DNA of 64,000 bases from Dehalococcoidia bacterium (GTDB lineage Bacteria > Chloroflexota > Dehalococcoidia > Plut-88900). Each line of letters opens with the position of its first letter. Within the stretch, counting starts at the first letter, position 1. The translations under genes were made by a program, and so were the position numbers. The stretch lies in contig OZ240215.1 in the NCBI GenBank assembly GCA_965197585.1, positions 1,888,001-1,952,000 on the forward strand, written 5' to 3'. Below, one piece after another: positions 29,742-38,784 of the stretch. A model generated the notes under the pieces. The model searched no databases and was not told the DNA's origin. It saw nothing but the letters and a program-made list of their open reading frames with translations.

Positions 29742-30459
29742 GGTGCCAGGTCTAGACCAACTAACCCAACTACCTTAAGGAGGAACCCAAAAACTAGGGA
29801 AGCCCACCCGGCCCCACCCGAGGACTCAACGCCTCAGCCCATCCCAACGGCCCTCGCGCAGGCCCGCGGCACAAGCAAACGCCGCCATCTCCTCAACCAC
29901 CGGGTCCCGTGCCCCCTTCCCTGACCACTAGGCGATGGAAGACGCCCTGGACCGTACTTGAAAGTCTCCTTACGGAGCAACCTTGTCCCATGAGCGGAAC
30001 GGGGCAGCCCGTAGCCGAGGACCGCTCGGCTCTCTGTCCGCTTCCTCAAATAAACTGGGCTGCCGCCGTCTCCCGGCTCCTGGCTTCAGGCGGCGAACCG
30101 GATACCCCGTACTCCTGCGAGGGGAACTGACCCTGGACTTTCCCCTTCCTGCACCCGCCTACGGCGGACAGCGCAGCCAACCTTTATTGGAGCCTATGAC
30201 GGATGACGGACCCGTACGTCCGACCATACTTCCAGGTCTAGGCGGCGGCGGAGCCCCGTCCCACGCTCCCGGGACGCCTCCATGCCCGCATTATCTAAAT
30301 GTAGGGAGCCTAATCCGGCAAGCGTCTTTCATCGCCTTCCCAAAACCTAACAGACAGAACGGAAACCGAAACCCCACAATCGAAGATCCGCCTCTGGAGG
30401 ACTGAAGAAAAGGCCAGTGTGTCACTAATCTACCGAACGAGTACAACCTATTGATATGC

Positions 30460-30564
30460 CCCGTCCAAACCGGTATCTTTCATTGGATTCGCCAACAGTC
30501 GGTATGGTCGGCGGAGGACCAACCGACAGACTGGCAAGCCCGGCGCACCACCGATTTGGACGGG
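30460..30564 (+). other. long rod-shaped RNA structure in the sulP leader (candidate cis-regulatory RNA)
   Basis: CCCGTCCAAACCGGT pairs with ACCGATTTGGACGGG; inner GTCGGT/ACCGAC and TGGTC/GACCA stems. Confidence 0.4.
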
Positions 30565-30579
30565 ATGTCATAAACACAA

Positions 30580-32247
30580 GTGCGCTTTAACTTAAACTAC
30601 GACATTCAAACCCTGCGCGGAGACCTCTTCGGAGGAGTCACCGCCGCCGTCGTCGGATTGCCCGTGGCCCTTGCCTTTGGGGTCGCATCGGGCCTCGGAG
30701 CCATCGCCGGTCTATACGGTGCCATCGCCGTCGGTTTCTTCGCCTCTGTTTTTGGAGGCACCAAGTCTCAGATATCCGGCCCCACCGGACCCATGGCTGT
30801 GGCGATGGCAGTCATAGTCACGACCCACTCCGATACCCTCGCCGAGGCCTTCACTGTAGTCGTGCTGGCGGGGGCAATTCAGATACTACTGGGAGTCCTG
30901 CGGATAGGGCGCTTTGTAGCCTACACGCCCTATTCGGTTATTTCCGGGTTCATGTCCGGCATTGGCATTATCATCATGCTCCTGCAGGTCCTCCCATTCC
31001 TCGGCGCAGACACATTAACAGGCGGTCCTAGAAGCGCTATCCGAGCCATACCCGACGCTATCCAAGCCTTCAACTCTAATTCTTTCATCATCGCCATCGT
31101 TACCCTAGCCGTAGGAGTATTATGGCCCCGCCAACTGAGAAGGTACCTCCCGCCTACCCTCGCCGCCCTCATTGTCGGCACAATCATCGGCGTCCTATGG
31201 CTGACCCATACTCCAGTTATCGGCGAAGTGCCCTCCGGACTCCCCGAATTTCAGATCCCGGTATTCGACGCCGGTCTGCTAGCCAGCGCCATTCAACCAG
31301 CCCTTATCCTTGCCCTGCTCGGCTCCATAGACAGTCTGCTCACCTCCCTGATAGCCGACTCCATCACTCGAACCCAGCACAGCCCCAACAGGGAGCTGGT
31401 GGGACAAGGCGTAGGAAACGCTATTGCGGGTCTGATAGGCGGTCTGCCTGGTGCTGGTGCTACTCTGGGCACGGTTGTCAACATCCGGGCGGGCGGCAGG
31501 TCTCGGCTCTCCGGTGTATTGCGGGCGGCCATCCTCTTTGCCTTGGTTCTCGGTCTCGGGAGATACGTCGAATCAATCCCCCACGCAGTCCTGGCCGGTA
31601 TCCTGATGAAGGTTGGCTGGGACATCATCGATTGGCGTTTCCTTACCAGAATCCTCAAAGTCCAGAAGGAGCACCTGCTGGTGATGGTGATCACCCTCGC
31701 GCTCACCGTCTTCCTTGACCTTGTCACCGCAGTGGCCATAGGTCTGATTGCTGCCGGTATGGCCAGCGCCCGGCAGTTCGAACGCCTGGAGCTGGATAGG
31801 GTGATATCCACTCCGCTGCTGGACATCAGTTTCCTCGGTACGGAACCCGATAGCGAGGACGATGAAGAAGTGGATCCGTTCTCGGCACGTGTCGGTCTGC
31901 TTGCTCTCAGGGGCACCTTCTCCGTTGCCTCGTCTAAAAAGCTCGTCAGCGCTATCAGCGAAGACATCCGAGACCACGATGTAGTCATATTCGACTTTTC
32001 CGATACCGAGTACATAGACGACAGCGCATCCCTTGTCGTCGAGTATATGATCGATGTCGCCTATGATCAGGACACCGACTGTATCGTGATGGGGCTCCAG
32101 GGAGCCCCCGCCACTAGCCTTCGCGCCCTTAACGTCCTGAAACGCGTCCCCTCTGAACGCTATGTCGAAAACCTGGACGGCGCGCGGGAAACCGCAAAAC
32201 AAATCCTTCGTGAGAGAGAAAGCCGGACCATAGTCGACCAAGCGTAA
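30580..32247 (+). CDS. sulP: SulP/SLC26 family anion (sulfate/bicarbonate) transporter with STAS domain
   Basis: GDLFGGVTAAVVGLPVALAFG, QISGPTGPM, ELVGQGVGN, STAS motif IFDFSDTEYIDDS. Confidence 0.92.
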   Translation: MRFNLNYDIQTLRGDLFGGVTAAVVGLPVALAFGVASGLGAIAGLYGAIAVGFFASVFGGTKSQISGPTGPMAVAMAVIVTTHSDTLAEAFTVVVLAGAIQILLGVLRIGRFVAYTPYSVISGFMSGIGIIIMLLQVLPFLGADTLTGGPRSAIRAIPDAIQAFNSNSFIIAIVTLAVGVLWPRQLRRYLPPTLAALIVGTIIGVLWLTHTPVIGEVPSGLPEFQIPVFDAGLLASAIQPALILALLGSIDSLLTSLIADSITRTQHSPNRELVGQGVGNAIAGLIGGLPGAGATLGTVVNIRAGGRSRLSGVLRAAILFALVLGLGRYVESIPHAVLAGILMKVGWDIIDWRFLTRILKVQKEHLLVMVITLALTVFLDLVTAVAIGLIAAGMASARQFERLELDRVISTPLLDISFLGTEPDSEDDEEVDPFSARVGLLALRGTFSVASSKKLVSAISEDIRDHDVVIFDFSDTEYIDDSASLVVEYMIDVAYDQDTDCIVMGLQGAPATSLRALNVLKRVPSERYVENLDGARETAKQILRERESRTIVDQA

Positions 32248-32251
32248 ACGT

Positions 32252-32347
32252 GTTCAACTGGGCTGCATGGCCATCACCGCAGGGCTGGTCCTCGCCTTCC
32301 CGCAGATAGCCCTCTGGCTCCCCAATTTAATCTACGGGGCCAGATGA
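32252..32347 (+). pseudogene. 3' remnant of a TRAP transporter large permease (DctM-like)
   Basis: Translates VQLGCMAITAGLVLAFPQIALWLPNLIYGAR*, matching the typical DctM ending FPxIALWLP. Confidence 0.6.
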
Positions 32348-32386
32348 CCCTTCTTCTCTGTATGACGTGTGTATCCTGGGGTGGGG

Positions 32387-32419
32387 CCGCTCGTGCTGAG
32401 CCCGTCGAATTATGAGCGG
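32387..32419. repeat. CCGCTCGTGCTGAG..TCGAA..TGAGCGG palindromic interspersed repeat (empty copy)
   Basis: Related copies at 36973-37048, 47723-47776 and 62027-62059. Confidence 0.8.
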
Positions 32420-32440
32420 TTGGGGCAGGGGTAACTCCCC

Positions 32441-33319
32441 CTAACCAAAGCCGGGTATCGACTCCATCCGCACCTCAACCTCCAGCCTTGTATCCCCACC
32501 TCCGTGGAATATCCCCCGAGTCGGTGCCACGTCGTGATAGTCCCGGCCCACCGCAACCCGCACGTGTTGTTGGCCGACAATCCAGTTGTTCGTCGGGTCG
32601 AATCCCACCCACCCCAGCCCCGGGAGCCGGCATTCCACCCAGGCATGTCCTGCAGCCGCCGAAATCGGCTGTCCCGCATCATCCTCCACGTACAGATAGC
32701 CCGATACGTAACGGGACGGCACACCCCATGAGCGCGCAATCGATATCATCACGTGTGCATAGTCCTGGCAGACACCCCTCCCAGACTCGAGGATGTGCTC
32801 AATTGGAGACACCGCCGATGTGTTGCCCGGCACGTACTGAAAAGCCTCATACAATGTCTCGGAAAGACATACCAACGCACTGAGCGGGTCCCCCTCAGGC
32901 TTGTCCATCCCGCGCCCCGACACAAAATCATCGAGCGCGGTTGAGGGCCGGGCAAACCGGCTTGGATGCATGAAGCCCCAATGCTCCACAGAGTCCCTCC
33001 ACGTTTCAATCTCGGCCCACGCTTCATGCGCCAGGGATTCCGGCACTGGCGCTTTAGGGCTTTGCTCCACCGTGGATAACGCCGTGATCTCCAACAACTC
33101 ATGAGGCTGGTGGATGATCAGGAAGTGCTTTGTATTTCCGAAATAGTCGCTTTCGGAGGTTAGGAATATGGCGGGAATGGTCTCTATCTCGAAGCTCAGC
33201 AGCGATTGACCATCTTCTTCCCGAGGCCTGAAACAGAGCGTCAACGCCGACTTGCTCACCGGCGAAGAGTATACGTAGCGGGAGGTGTGTTTGATGCAGT
33301 AGCAGACTGGACCTGTCAT
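32441..33319 (-). CDS. bacterial transglutaminase-like protein (N-terminal domain plus catalytic core)
   Basis: GVCQDYAH, PSRYVSGY, HAWVE, WVGFDPTN, GRDYHDVAP; start at MTGPV (33319). Confidence 0.9.
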   Translation of the reverse strand: MTGPVCYCIKHTSRYVYSSPVSKSALTLCFRPREEDGQSLLSFEIETIPAIFLTSESDYFGNTKHFLIIHQPHELLEITALSTVEQSPKAPVPESLAHEAWAEIETWRDSVEHWGFMHPSRFARPSTALDDFVSGRGMDKPEGDPLSALVCLSETLYEAFQYVPGNTSAVSPIEHILESGRGVCQDYAHVMISIARSWGVPSRYVSGYLYVEDDAGQPISAAAGHAWVECRLPGLGWVGFDPTNNWIVGQQHVRVAVGRDYHDVAPTRGIFHGGGDTRLEVEVRMESIPGFG

Positions 33320-33345
33320 ACAGCGGGTGCTCCGCCCGGTCTCCC

Positions 33346-34410
33346 CTAACCCGAAAACGCCGGCAGCACTTCCTTGACCATCAGGTCTGCCGCCAACTTC
33401 TTCTCTCCTTCGACTTCGTCCACAGTCGGGCCATACACTACTAGCCTGTCGAATCCCATATCCACCACTTGGCGAATCCGCCTTATGCACTCCTCCGGAG
33501 GCCCGACTATCGCGTACCGGTCCACGAACTCCGCAGGCAACACAGCCGACGAGCTATGGTCACGTACATCGTAGTTCCTGTGGACTGCCTTAAGCACCTC
33601 TTGGTCCTGCTCCGTAACGGGTCCGTTTGTCTTCCCGTGCATGTTGGAAAAGCGGACAGCCGCGGCCAACTCAGGTGTAAACCCCCTCGCCACTTCGACG
33701 TCGGGATGGCAGGCTACACTGAGATAGACACCGATGCGGATTCCCTCCGGGTCCAGTCCCGCCTCCCTTCGCGCGTTCCGGACCAGTTCCGACCCCCAGT
33801 GCAGCCTCCTCAGGTCCGCCCCCACCGCCAACATCACGATATCGGCGTATCGAGCCGCCGCTCCGATCACCCTCGGCCCCGAGGCCGAAACCGCTACCGG
33901 CACCTTCTTGTCTTCGGGTCCAAGCCACGTGAGCCGGCTGTCCTCCGGTGCTTCCGCCAGCTTGAGCGTATCCACGTGCGGCGCCATCCCCCGGCCAAAG
34001 GTGAGCTCGTCGAAGGGTACGCCGTCTCCGCTGAGGTAAGCCTGTAAAGCCTTAAGATAGCTCTCGAAAAGCTTCGTGTAGACCGGCGCATGACCAACAT
34101 GCGCCAATGCCGAATCACCCCTCCCGATCCCCAGGACCGCCCGACCATCCGACACTTGCTGCACGCTCGCGATAGCCCCTGCGGTGACCACGGGGTGTCG
34201 AGTCAGGGGGTTCGTCACGTCCGAGCCGATCTTGATTCGCTCTGTCGCCATCGCCGCGAGCGTCATCGCCACGTACATGTCACCTGATACACTTTGAACG
34301 TCGCCAACGGATATGCCGTCCCAACCAGCCTCCTCGGCCCTCCGGGCATATTCCCCTATCTGGCGTACATCCGGATAGGCGAACGTCCACATTTCTACTT
34401 TGTTATTCAC
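33346..34410 (-). CDS. LLM-class oxidoreductase, tandem copy 3
   Basis: VTNPLTRHP, GRAVLGIGRGDSALA, ASGPRV; close paralog of the two neighbours. Confidence 0.9.
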   Translation of the reverse strand: MNNKVEMWTFAYPDVRQIGEYARRAEEAGWDGISVGDVQSVSGDMYVAMTLAAMATERIKIGSDVTNPLTRHPVVTAGAIASVQQVSDGRAVLGIGRGDSALAHVGHAPVYTKLFESYLKALQAYLSGDGVPFDELTFGRGMAPHVDTLKLAEAPEDSRLTWLGPEDKKVPVAVSASGPRVIGAAARYADIVMLAVGADLRRLHWGSELVRNARREAGLDPEGIRIGVYLSVACHPDVEVARGFTPELAAAVRFSNMHGKTNGPVTEQDQEVLKAVHRNYDVRDHSSSAVLPAEFVDRYAIVGPPEECIRRIRQVVDMGFDRLVVYGPTVDEVEGEKKLAADLMVKEVLPAFSG

Positions 34411-34422
34411 AACTCACCCATA

Positions 34423-34587
34423 TCAGTCCGAAATGTCCAACCAACGTTTTGCACGCACTATCATCTCGGCGCCTTCTTTCCCGTCCTCCCGAGGCTTGAA
34501 GCAAAGCATCATCACCAAACTGCTCACCGGCGTTGAATAGGGATAACGGTAAGTGTGCTGAATCCGGTAGAGCCCTCGGCCTGGCAT
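34423..34587 (-). pseudogene. truncated N-terminal copy of the transglutaminase gene
   Basis: MPGRGLYRIQHTYRYPYSTPVSSLVMMLCFKPREDG aligns with MTGPVCYCIKHTSRYVYSSPVSKSALTLCFRPREEDG. Confidence 0.8.
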
Positions 34588-34612
34588 TCCGCCCAGATTC
34601 CGCCCTACACGC

Positions 34613-35677
34613 CTAACCGGAAAATGCCGGAAGAACTTCCTGTACCATCAGGTCCGCGCAACGCTTCTTCTCTCCCTCGACCTCGTCCACCGTCGGCCCG
34701 AGCACAACAATCCTGTCTATGCCCAGGTCGACAACCTCTTGGATCCGCCTGATACATGTCTCCGGAGGCCCGACTATCGCAAATCGGTCCACAAACTCCG
34801 CGGGGGGAGCATCCGGAGTGGTGTGGTCCCGCATGTTGAAAGACTTATGCATCCCCGTCAGGACTTCCTGCTCCATCTGGGTAACCGGCCCGTACGTCTT
34901 CCCGTGCATTACCGAAAATCGGGCAAACGTGTCCAAAAACGTTATCAACTCCCTCGCCACTTCCACTTCCGGATGACAGACAATATTTAGATAAGCTCCG
35001 TATCGGATTCCGTCCGGGTCCAGCCCCGCCTCCCGCCGCGCCGCTCGGGCCTGTTCCAGTCCCCACTTTAGCCTTCCTATGTCTGCCCCCAGGGCAAACG
35101 TAACGATGTCGGCATGTCTCGCCGCCGCCCTTATCACCTTCGGCCCGGAAGCTGCAACGGCCACGGGCACCTTCTTGTCTTTGGAGTCGAGCCACCTGAG
35201 GCTGCTGTCATCCGGGGCATCCGCCAGCCTCAGCGTATCAACATGTGGTGCCATTCCCCGCCAGTGCGTCAGTTCCTCGAAGGCCACGCTTCCCCCACTG
35301 AGGTAGGCTTGCAGCGCCTTCAGGTAATTCTCGAAGAAGTTGGAGTACACGGGCGCATGCCCAACGAACGCCAGTGCCGAGTCACCCCGCCCGATACCCA
35401 GCACCGCCCGACCCTCCGACGCCTCCTGAACGCTCGCAATCGCCCCTGCAGTCACCGCCGGATGTCGGGTCAGGGGATTGGTAACATCCGTGCTCAGCTC
35501 TACCCGCTCAGTCACCGCCGCCGCCAGCGCCATCGAGACGTATGTGTCCCCTCCCAGGTTCTGGGAGTCGAAGAACCCGATACCGTGCCAGCCTGCCTCC
35601 TCCACGCGTTTGGCATAGTCCGCAGCTCGCCGGGTATTTGGGCTAACGGCCGTCAATATTTCTACTTTGTTTTTCAT
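34613..35677 (-). CDS. LLM-class oxidoreductase, tandem copy 2
   Basis: DSQNL, VTNPLTRHP, GIGRGDSALA motifs. Confidence 0.9.
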   Translation of the reverse strand: MKNKVEILTAVSPNTRRAADYAKRVEEAGWHGIGFFDSQNLGGDTYVSMALAAAVTERVELSTDVTNPLTRHPAVTAGAIASVQEASEGRAVLGIGRGDSALAFVGHAPVYSNFFENYLKALQAYLSGGSVAFEELTHWRGMAPHVDTLRLADAPDDSSLRWLDSKDKKVPVAVAASGPKVIRAAARHADIVTFALGADIGRLKWGLEQARAARREAGLDPDGIRYGAYLNIVCHPEVEVARELITFLDTFARFSVMHGKTYGPVTQMEQEVLTGMHKSFNMRDHTTPDAPPAEFVDRFAIVGPPETCIRRIQEVVDLGIDRIVVLGPTVDEVEGEKKRCADLMVQEVLPAFSG

Positions 35678-35699
35678 AACATCCCGATTCTACTCCATC

Positions 35700-35812
35700 C
35701 TGTCCACCGCCCTCCCGAGACTTGAAGCAAGGGGCATCGCCGAACCGCTTACCGGAGAGGAATAGGAGTAACGGGAAATGTGTTGAATCCGATATCAGGC
35801 AGGCCCTGTCAT
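35700..35812 (-). pseudogene. disrupted N-terminal copy of the transglutaminase gene
   Basis: MTGPA*YRIQHISRYSYSSPVSGSAMP, then frameshifted CFKSREGGGQ; in-frame TGA at 35795-35797. Confidence 0.8.
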
Positions 35813-35839
35813 ACAGCCGGGCCCTGCGCCCGGTCTGTC

Positions 35840-36913
35840 CTAACCCGAAAACGCCGGAAGCACTTCCTTAACCATCAGGTCTGCCGCTATCTTCGCCTCA
35901 TCCTCCACCACGTCAACCGTCGGCCCATTAACTACGATCCTGTCGATACCCAGGTCGATAACCTCCCGGATTCGCCTGATGCATTCCTCCGGTGGCCCGA
36001 CTATCGCGAAACGGTCCACGAACCCCGCAGGCCGCGCGATGCTCGAACTGTGTTCGCTCATATTGAACATCTTGAAGCCCTTGTGCAGACCCTTAAGTAC
36101 TTCTTGGTCCTGCTTGGTCACGGGTCCATAAGTCTTGCCATGCATTACCGAAAAGCGGGCAGTCCCGTCCAGGTGGGGATATAACTTCCTCCCCACTTCC
36201 ACGTCAGGATGACAGACAACAACTAGGTAAGCTCCATATCGGATGCCGTCAGGGTCTAGTCCCGCTTCCTCTCGGGCATCACGAGCCTGTTTCATCCCCC
36301 ACTTGAACCTGTCAGGTTCGGCTCCCAGCGCTAACATCACTATGTCGGCGTGGCGGGCCGCAGTTGCGATCACCTTAGGCCCGCTGGCCGCAACGGCTAC
36401 GGGCGCCTTTTTGTTCTCCGGTTCCAACCATATCATGCGGCTGTCTTGCGGAGTCTCCGCCAGGTTTAGGGTGTCCACGTGCGGCGCCATCCCCTTGCCG
36501 AAGGTTAGATCGTCAAATGGCACTCCTCCTCCCTTTAGGTAGGCCTGCAGAGCTTCGAGGTACCTCTCGAAGAAGCTGGTGTACACCGGTGCATGGCCCA
36601 CGTACGCCAGTGCCGAGTCCCCACGCCCGATCCCCAGCACCGCCCGCCCTCCCGACACCTGTTGCACGCTCGCGATGGCGCCCGCAGTAACCGCCGGGTG
36701 TCGAGTCAAAGGATTGGTGACATCCAGACTGATCTCTATTCTCTCCGTTGCCATCGCGGCGATGGTCATCCCCACATAGCTGTCGGCGGTGAGGTTCTGA
36801 GAATCATAAAGGGATATGCCGTCCCAACCGGCCTCCTCGACCTTGCGGGCATACTCGGCAATGGGCCCCACTTCCGGCCCGACCGCCGTCAACATTTCAA
36901 CTTTGCTACCCAT
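35840..36913 (-). CDS. LLM-class oxidoreductase, tandem copy 1
   Basis: DSQNL, VTNPLTRHP, GIGRGDSALA; TATAAT 10 nt before ATG. Confidence 0.9.
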   Translation of the reverse strand: MGSKVEMLTAVGPEVGPIAEYARKVEEAGWDGISLYDSQNLTADSYVGMTIAAMATERIEISLDVTNPLTRHPAVTAGAIASVQQVSGGRAVLGIGRGDSALAYVGHAPVYTSFFERYLEALQAYLKGGGVPFDDLTFGKGMAPHVDTLNLAETPQDSRMIWLEPENKKAPVAVAASGPKVIATAARHADIVMLALGAEPDRFKWGMKQARDAREEAGLDPDGIRYGAYLVVVCHPDVEVGRKLYPHLDGTARFSVMHGKTYGPVTKQDQEVLKGLHKGFKMFNMSEHSSSIARPAGFVDRFAIVGPPEECIRRIREVIDLGIDRIVVNGPTVDVVEDEAKIAADLMVKEVLPAFSG

Positions 36914-36972
36914 CTCACCTTTGATTATACCCTAACATGTTCACCCCGAACCGGGTCCTGGGGCGGGAGGGA

Positions 36973-37048
36973 CCACTCGTGCTGTCGTAGATAGAACATC
37001 CGCCTGTGGGGGATCCGCCAAGGCGGAAGGCTCTCGAAGCATGCGCGG
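36973..37048. repeat. CCGCTCGTGCTG-type repeat carrying a 43-nt double-hairpin insert
   Basis: Flanks match 62027-62059; insert 36985-37027 sits between GCTG and AGGCTC. Confidence 0.75.
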
Positions 37049-37182
37049 GGGGAGCACATCTTCACACTAGCCACGTCGTTAATAACTTCTCACCCCCGTC
37101 CACCCCGGCTTGCGCCTCTCGGCCTTTGGTGGGAGACTTTAAGTGCTGCTAGGGCCCTGGGCTCTGGCAGATTTCGGACTGG

Positions 37183-37267
37183 GCGGAAGTGTCGGAATCG
37201 GTAGACGAGCATGATTTAGGATCATGTGCCTTCGGGCGTGTGGGTTCGAGTCCCACCTTCCGCACCA
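37183..37267 (+). tRNA. tRNA-Leu (anticodon TAG)
   Basis: GCGGAAG/CTTCCGC acceptor stem, CATGA-TTTAGGA-TCATG anticodon arm, long variable arm, GGTTCGAGTCC T arm, encoded CCA. Confidence 0.96.
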
Positions 37268-37350
37268 CCCTATCCCATTCCGTGCCTACGAGTTGACAAT
37301 AGCTAGGTATAATGACTATTTTGCCGACAGTTTTTTGAAGGGAGAACAAA

Positions 37351-37575
37351 ATGGAAGACACCCCAGATACCACAATAGTAAAGAACATCGGGCCTTTGCA
37401 TAAACCGACCTCGACACGTTGCGAATTATGCTCCGAGGACTTGGAAACATGGTTGGCCCTTAGAGGCCACATGGTTTTCGCGCATGGCCTGATCAAATTG
37501 GAGGAGCACTTCGTTGACGAGGAGGTTGTGGGGGTAAGTAGAGGGTGGCACCAGATTGTCGACCTTGATGGATAA
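37351..37575 (+). CDS. small protein with a C2H2 zinc finger motif
   Basis: CELC-SED-L-ETWLALRG-H-MVFA-H fits C-x2-C-x3-hydrophobic-x8-H-x4-H; AAGGGAG SD. Confidence 0.65.
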   Translation: MEDTPDTTIVKNIGPLHKPTSTRCELCSEDLETWLALRGHMVFAHGLIKLEEHFVDEEVVGVSRGWHQIVDLDG

Positions 37576-37726
37576 TGAAATGGAAGACAGCAAGGACTCG
37601 GCGAAAGGGCAGGCCCCTGCGAATAGGGAGCCGAAGCAGCGGGCCGACAGCAATGAGGATGACTTAATCACCCGCCGCGACGGACCCTTTAGGAAACTCG
37701 GAGCGGAAGGGGTGGAGTGCCTTTAA
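37568..37726 (+). CDS. hypothetical 52-aa charged protein
   Basis: MDNEMEDSKDS...GVECL*; overlaps the zinc finger gene by 8 nt. Confidence 0.3.
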   Translation: MDNEMEDSKDSAKGQAPANREPKQRADSNEDDLITRRDGPFRKLGAEGVECL

Positions 37727-37883
37727 AGAATCAGCCCGTCCCTCCCCCGACCTTCCACGACCTCAGACGGCCTTTTCAGGCACGAACCACATCCCTCTAC
37801 GACCCTCAGCGACCCCTACAGTCGGAGTCCCACCTTCCGCACCACCCTATCGCTCCTCAGGCCACCGCAGGTCTGGAGCCAAA

Positions 37884-38363
37884 ATGACCCCTAGACGGAA
37901 GACGACCGCTTGGGAGCTGGACCTCCACGGCCAAACTTGGCCCGAGGCCCGCAGACTGTTCGTAGATTTCTACAACCAAGCCCTCTCTTCAGGCAAGGGC
38001 CGGGTCGAACTCACGATAATTCACGGCTGGGGAGCATCCGGCCAGGGTGGAACCCTACGCAGCCGACTGAGACATTTCCTATCCGGCTATCGGGACAGCC
38101 TCGAGTTCACACCTGGAGAGGACGTCGATGGAAACCGGGGCTGCACATACGTCACACCCCTGGAACACCTCCCCGAAGCCAATAACCCCCTCGCCGAGGC
38201 GATCTGGGACTACTGCCAACGCCCCCGCGCAACAAGTAAGGTGATGGGCAGGTTCCGCCGCCACGGCAACCCCCAAGTCTTGGAGGCCGTTCGCCACCTC
38301 AAAAAACAGGCCCGCCTCACCGAGACCCACAATGGCAAAACACCGATCTTAGAGTCGCGCTAA
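37884..38363 (+). CDS. stand-alone Smr domain protein
   Basis: ELDLHG, IIHGWG..GGTLR, GNRGCT motifs; GGAG SD. Confidence 0.82.
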   Translation: MTPRRKTTAWELDLHGQTWPEARRLFVDFYNQALSSGKGRVELTIIHGWGASGQGGTLRSRLRHFLSGYRDSLEFTPGEDVDGNRGCTYVTPLEHLPEANNPLAEAIWDYCQRPRATSKVMGRFRRHGNPQVLEAVRHLKKQARLTETHNGKTPILESR

Positions 38364-38370
38364 GCCACCC

Positions 38371-38784
38371 TTAAAGCTGCCTCAGGCTGTGCACGGCATC
38401 CTGAGGACTGATCGCCGGAATCGGGGACTTTTTATAGTCTTTGAGGTTCCTGGTCACTATCCGGGTCGCCCCACACCCTCGCGCCGCAGCCACTTGCATC
38501 GCATCCTCAAAGTCTTCCATCGGCAGTGAGGCCGCATAACGCACCCCCTCCGCATCTGTGGCCGCGACTTCCACGATACGGGTCAGCTGCACTATGAAGT
38601 CACGGGTACTAATTCCACCATGCCGCGGCGACACCAGGTAGTAAAGGTTAGAGACGCTGTGCCAGGCTATGCATGCCTTTTCATAGCCCAGTTCCACAAG
38701 GTCCAGCACCTGGGCGGCAGCTTCGGAGAAAGGCTCCCTATCCAGGGCCACGTCAATGAGCACGTCGGTGTCGATGAGGATCAT
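38371..38784 (-). CDS. PIN-domain (VapC-like) toxin
   Basis: ILIDTDVLID, DFEDAMQ, IVTRNLKDY. Confidence 0.9.
   Translation of the reverse strand: MILIDTDVLIDVALDREPFSEAAAQVLDLVELGYEKACIAWHSVSNLYYLVSPRHGGISTRDFIVQLTRIVEVAATDAEGVRYAASLPMEDFEDAMQVAAARGCGATRIVTRNLKDYKKSPIPAISPQDAVHSLRQL

Larger units (their letters stand above)
37248..37851. mobile_element. minimal tRNA-Leu-integrated element or island remnant bounded by 27-bp direct repeats (attL/attR)
   Basis: GAGTCCCACCTTCCGCACCACCCTATC is identical at 37248-37274 and 37825-37851; no integrase inside. Confidence 0.8.

Noticed and set aside
29730-30405. ORFs of 64-140 aa between amtB and sulP
   Set aside because: No matching SD/start pairing, Pro/Arg-rich composition and no recognisable motifs.
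30460-30564. 6S RNA or SRP RNA
   Set aside because: Shorter than typical 6S RNA and lacks the SRP domain IV motif; kept only as an unknown structure.
33320-33490. Longer start of the transglutaminase ORF
   Set aside because: Overlaps the LLM gene; the duplicated relics confirm the MTGP start.
37293-37313. Consensus TTGACA/TATAAT promoter inside the tRNA element
   Set aside because: The hexamers are only 9 nt apart, so they cannot act as one sigma70 promoter; the -10 may work alone.
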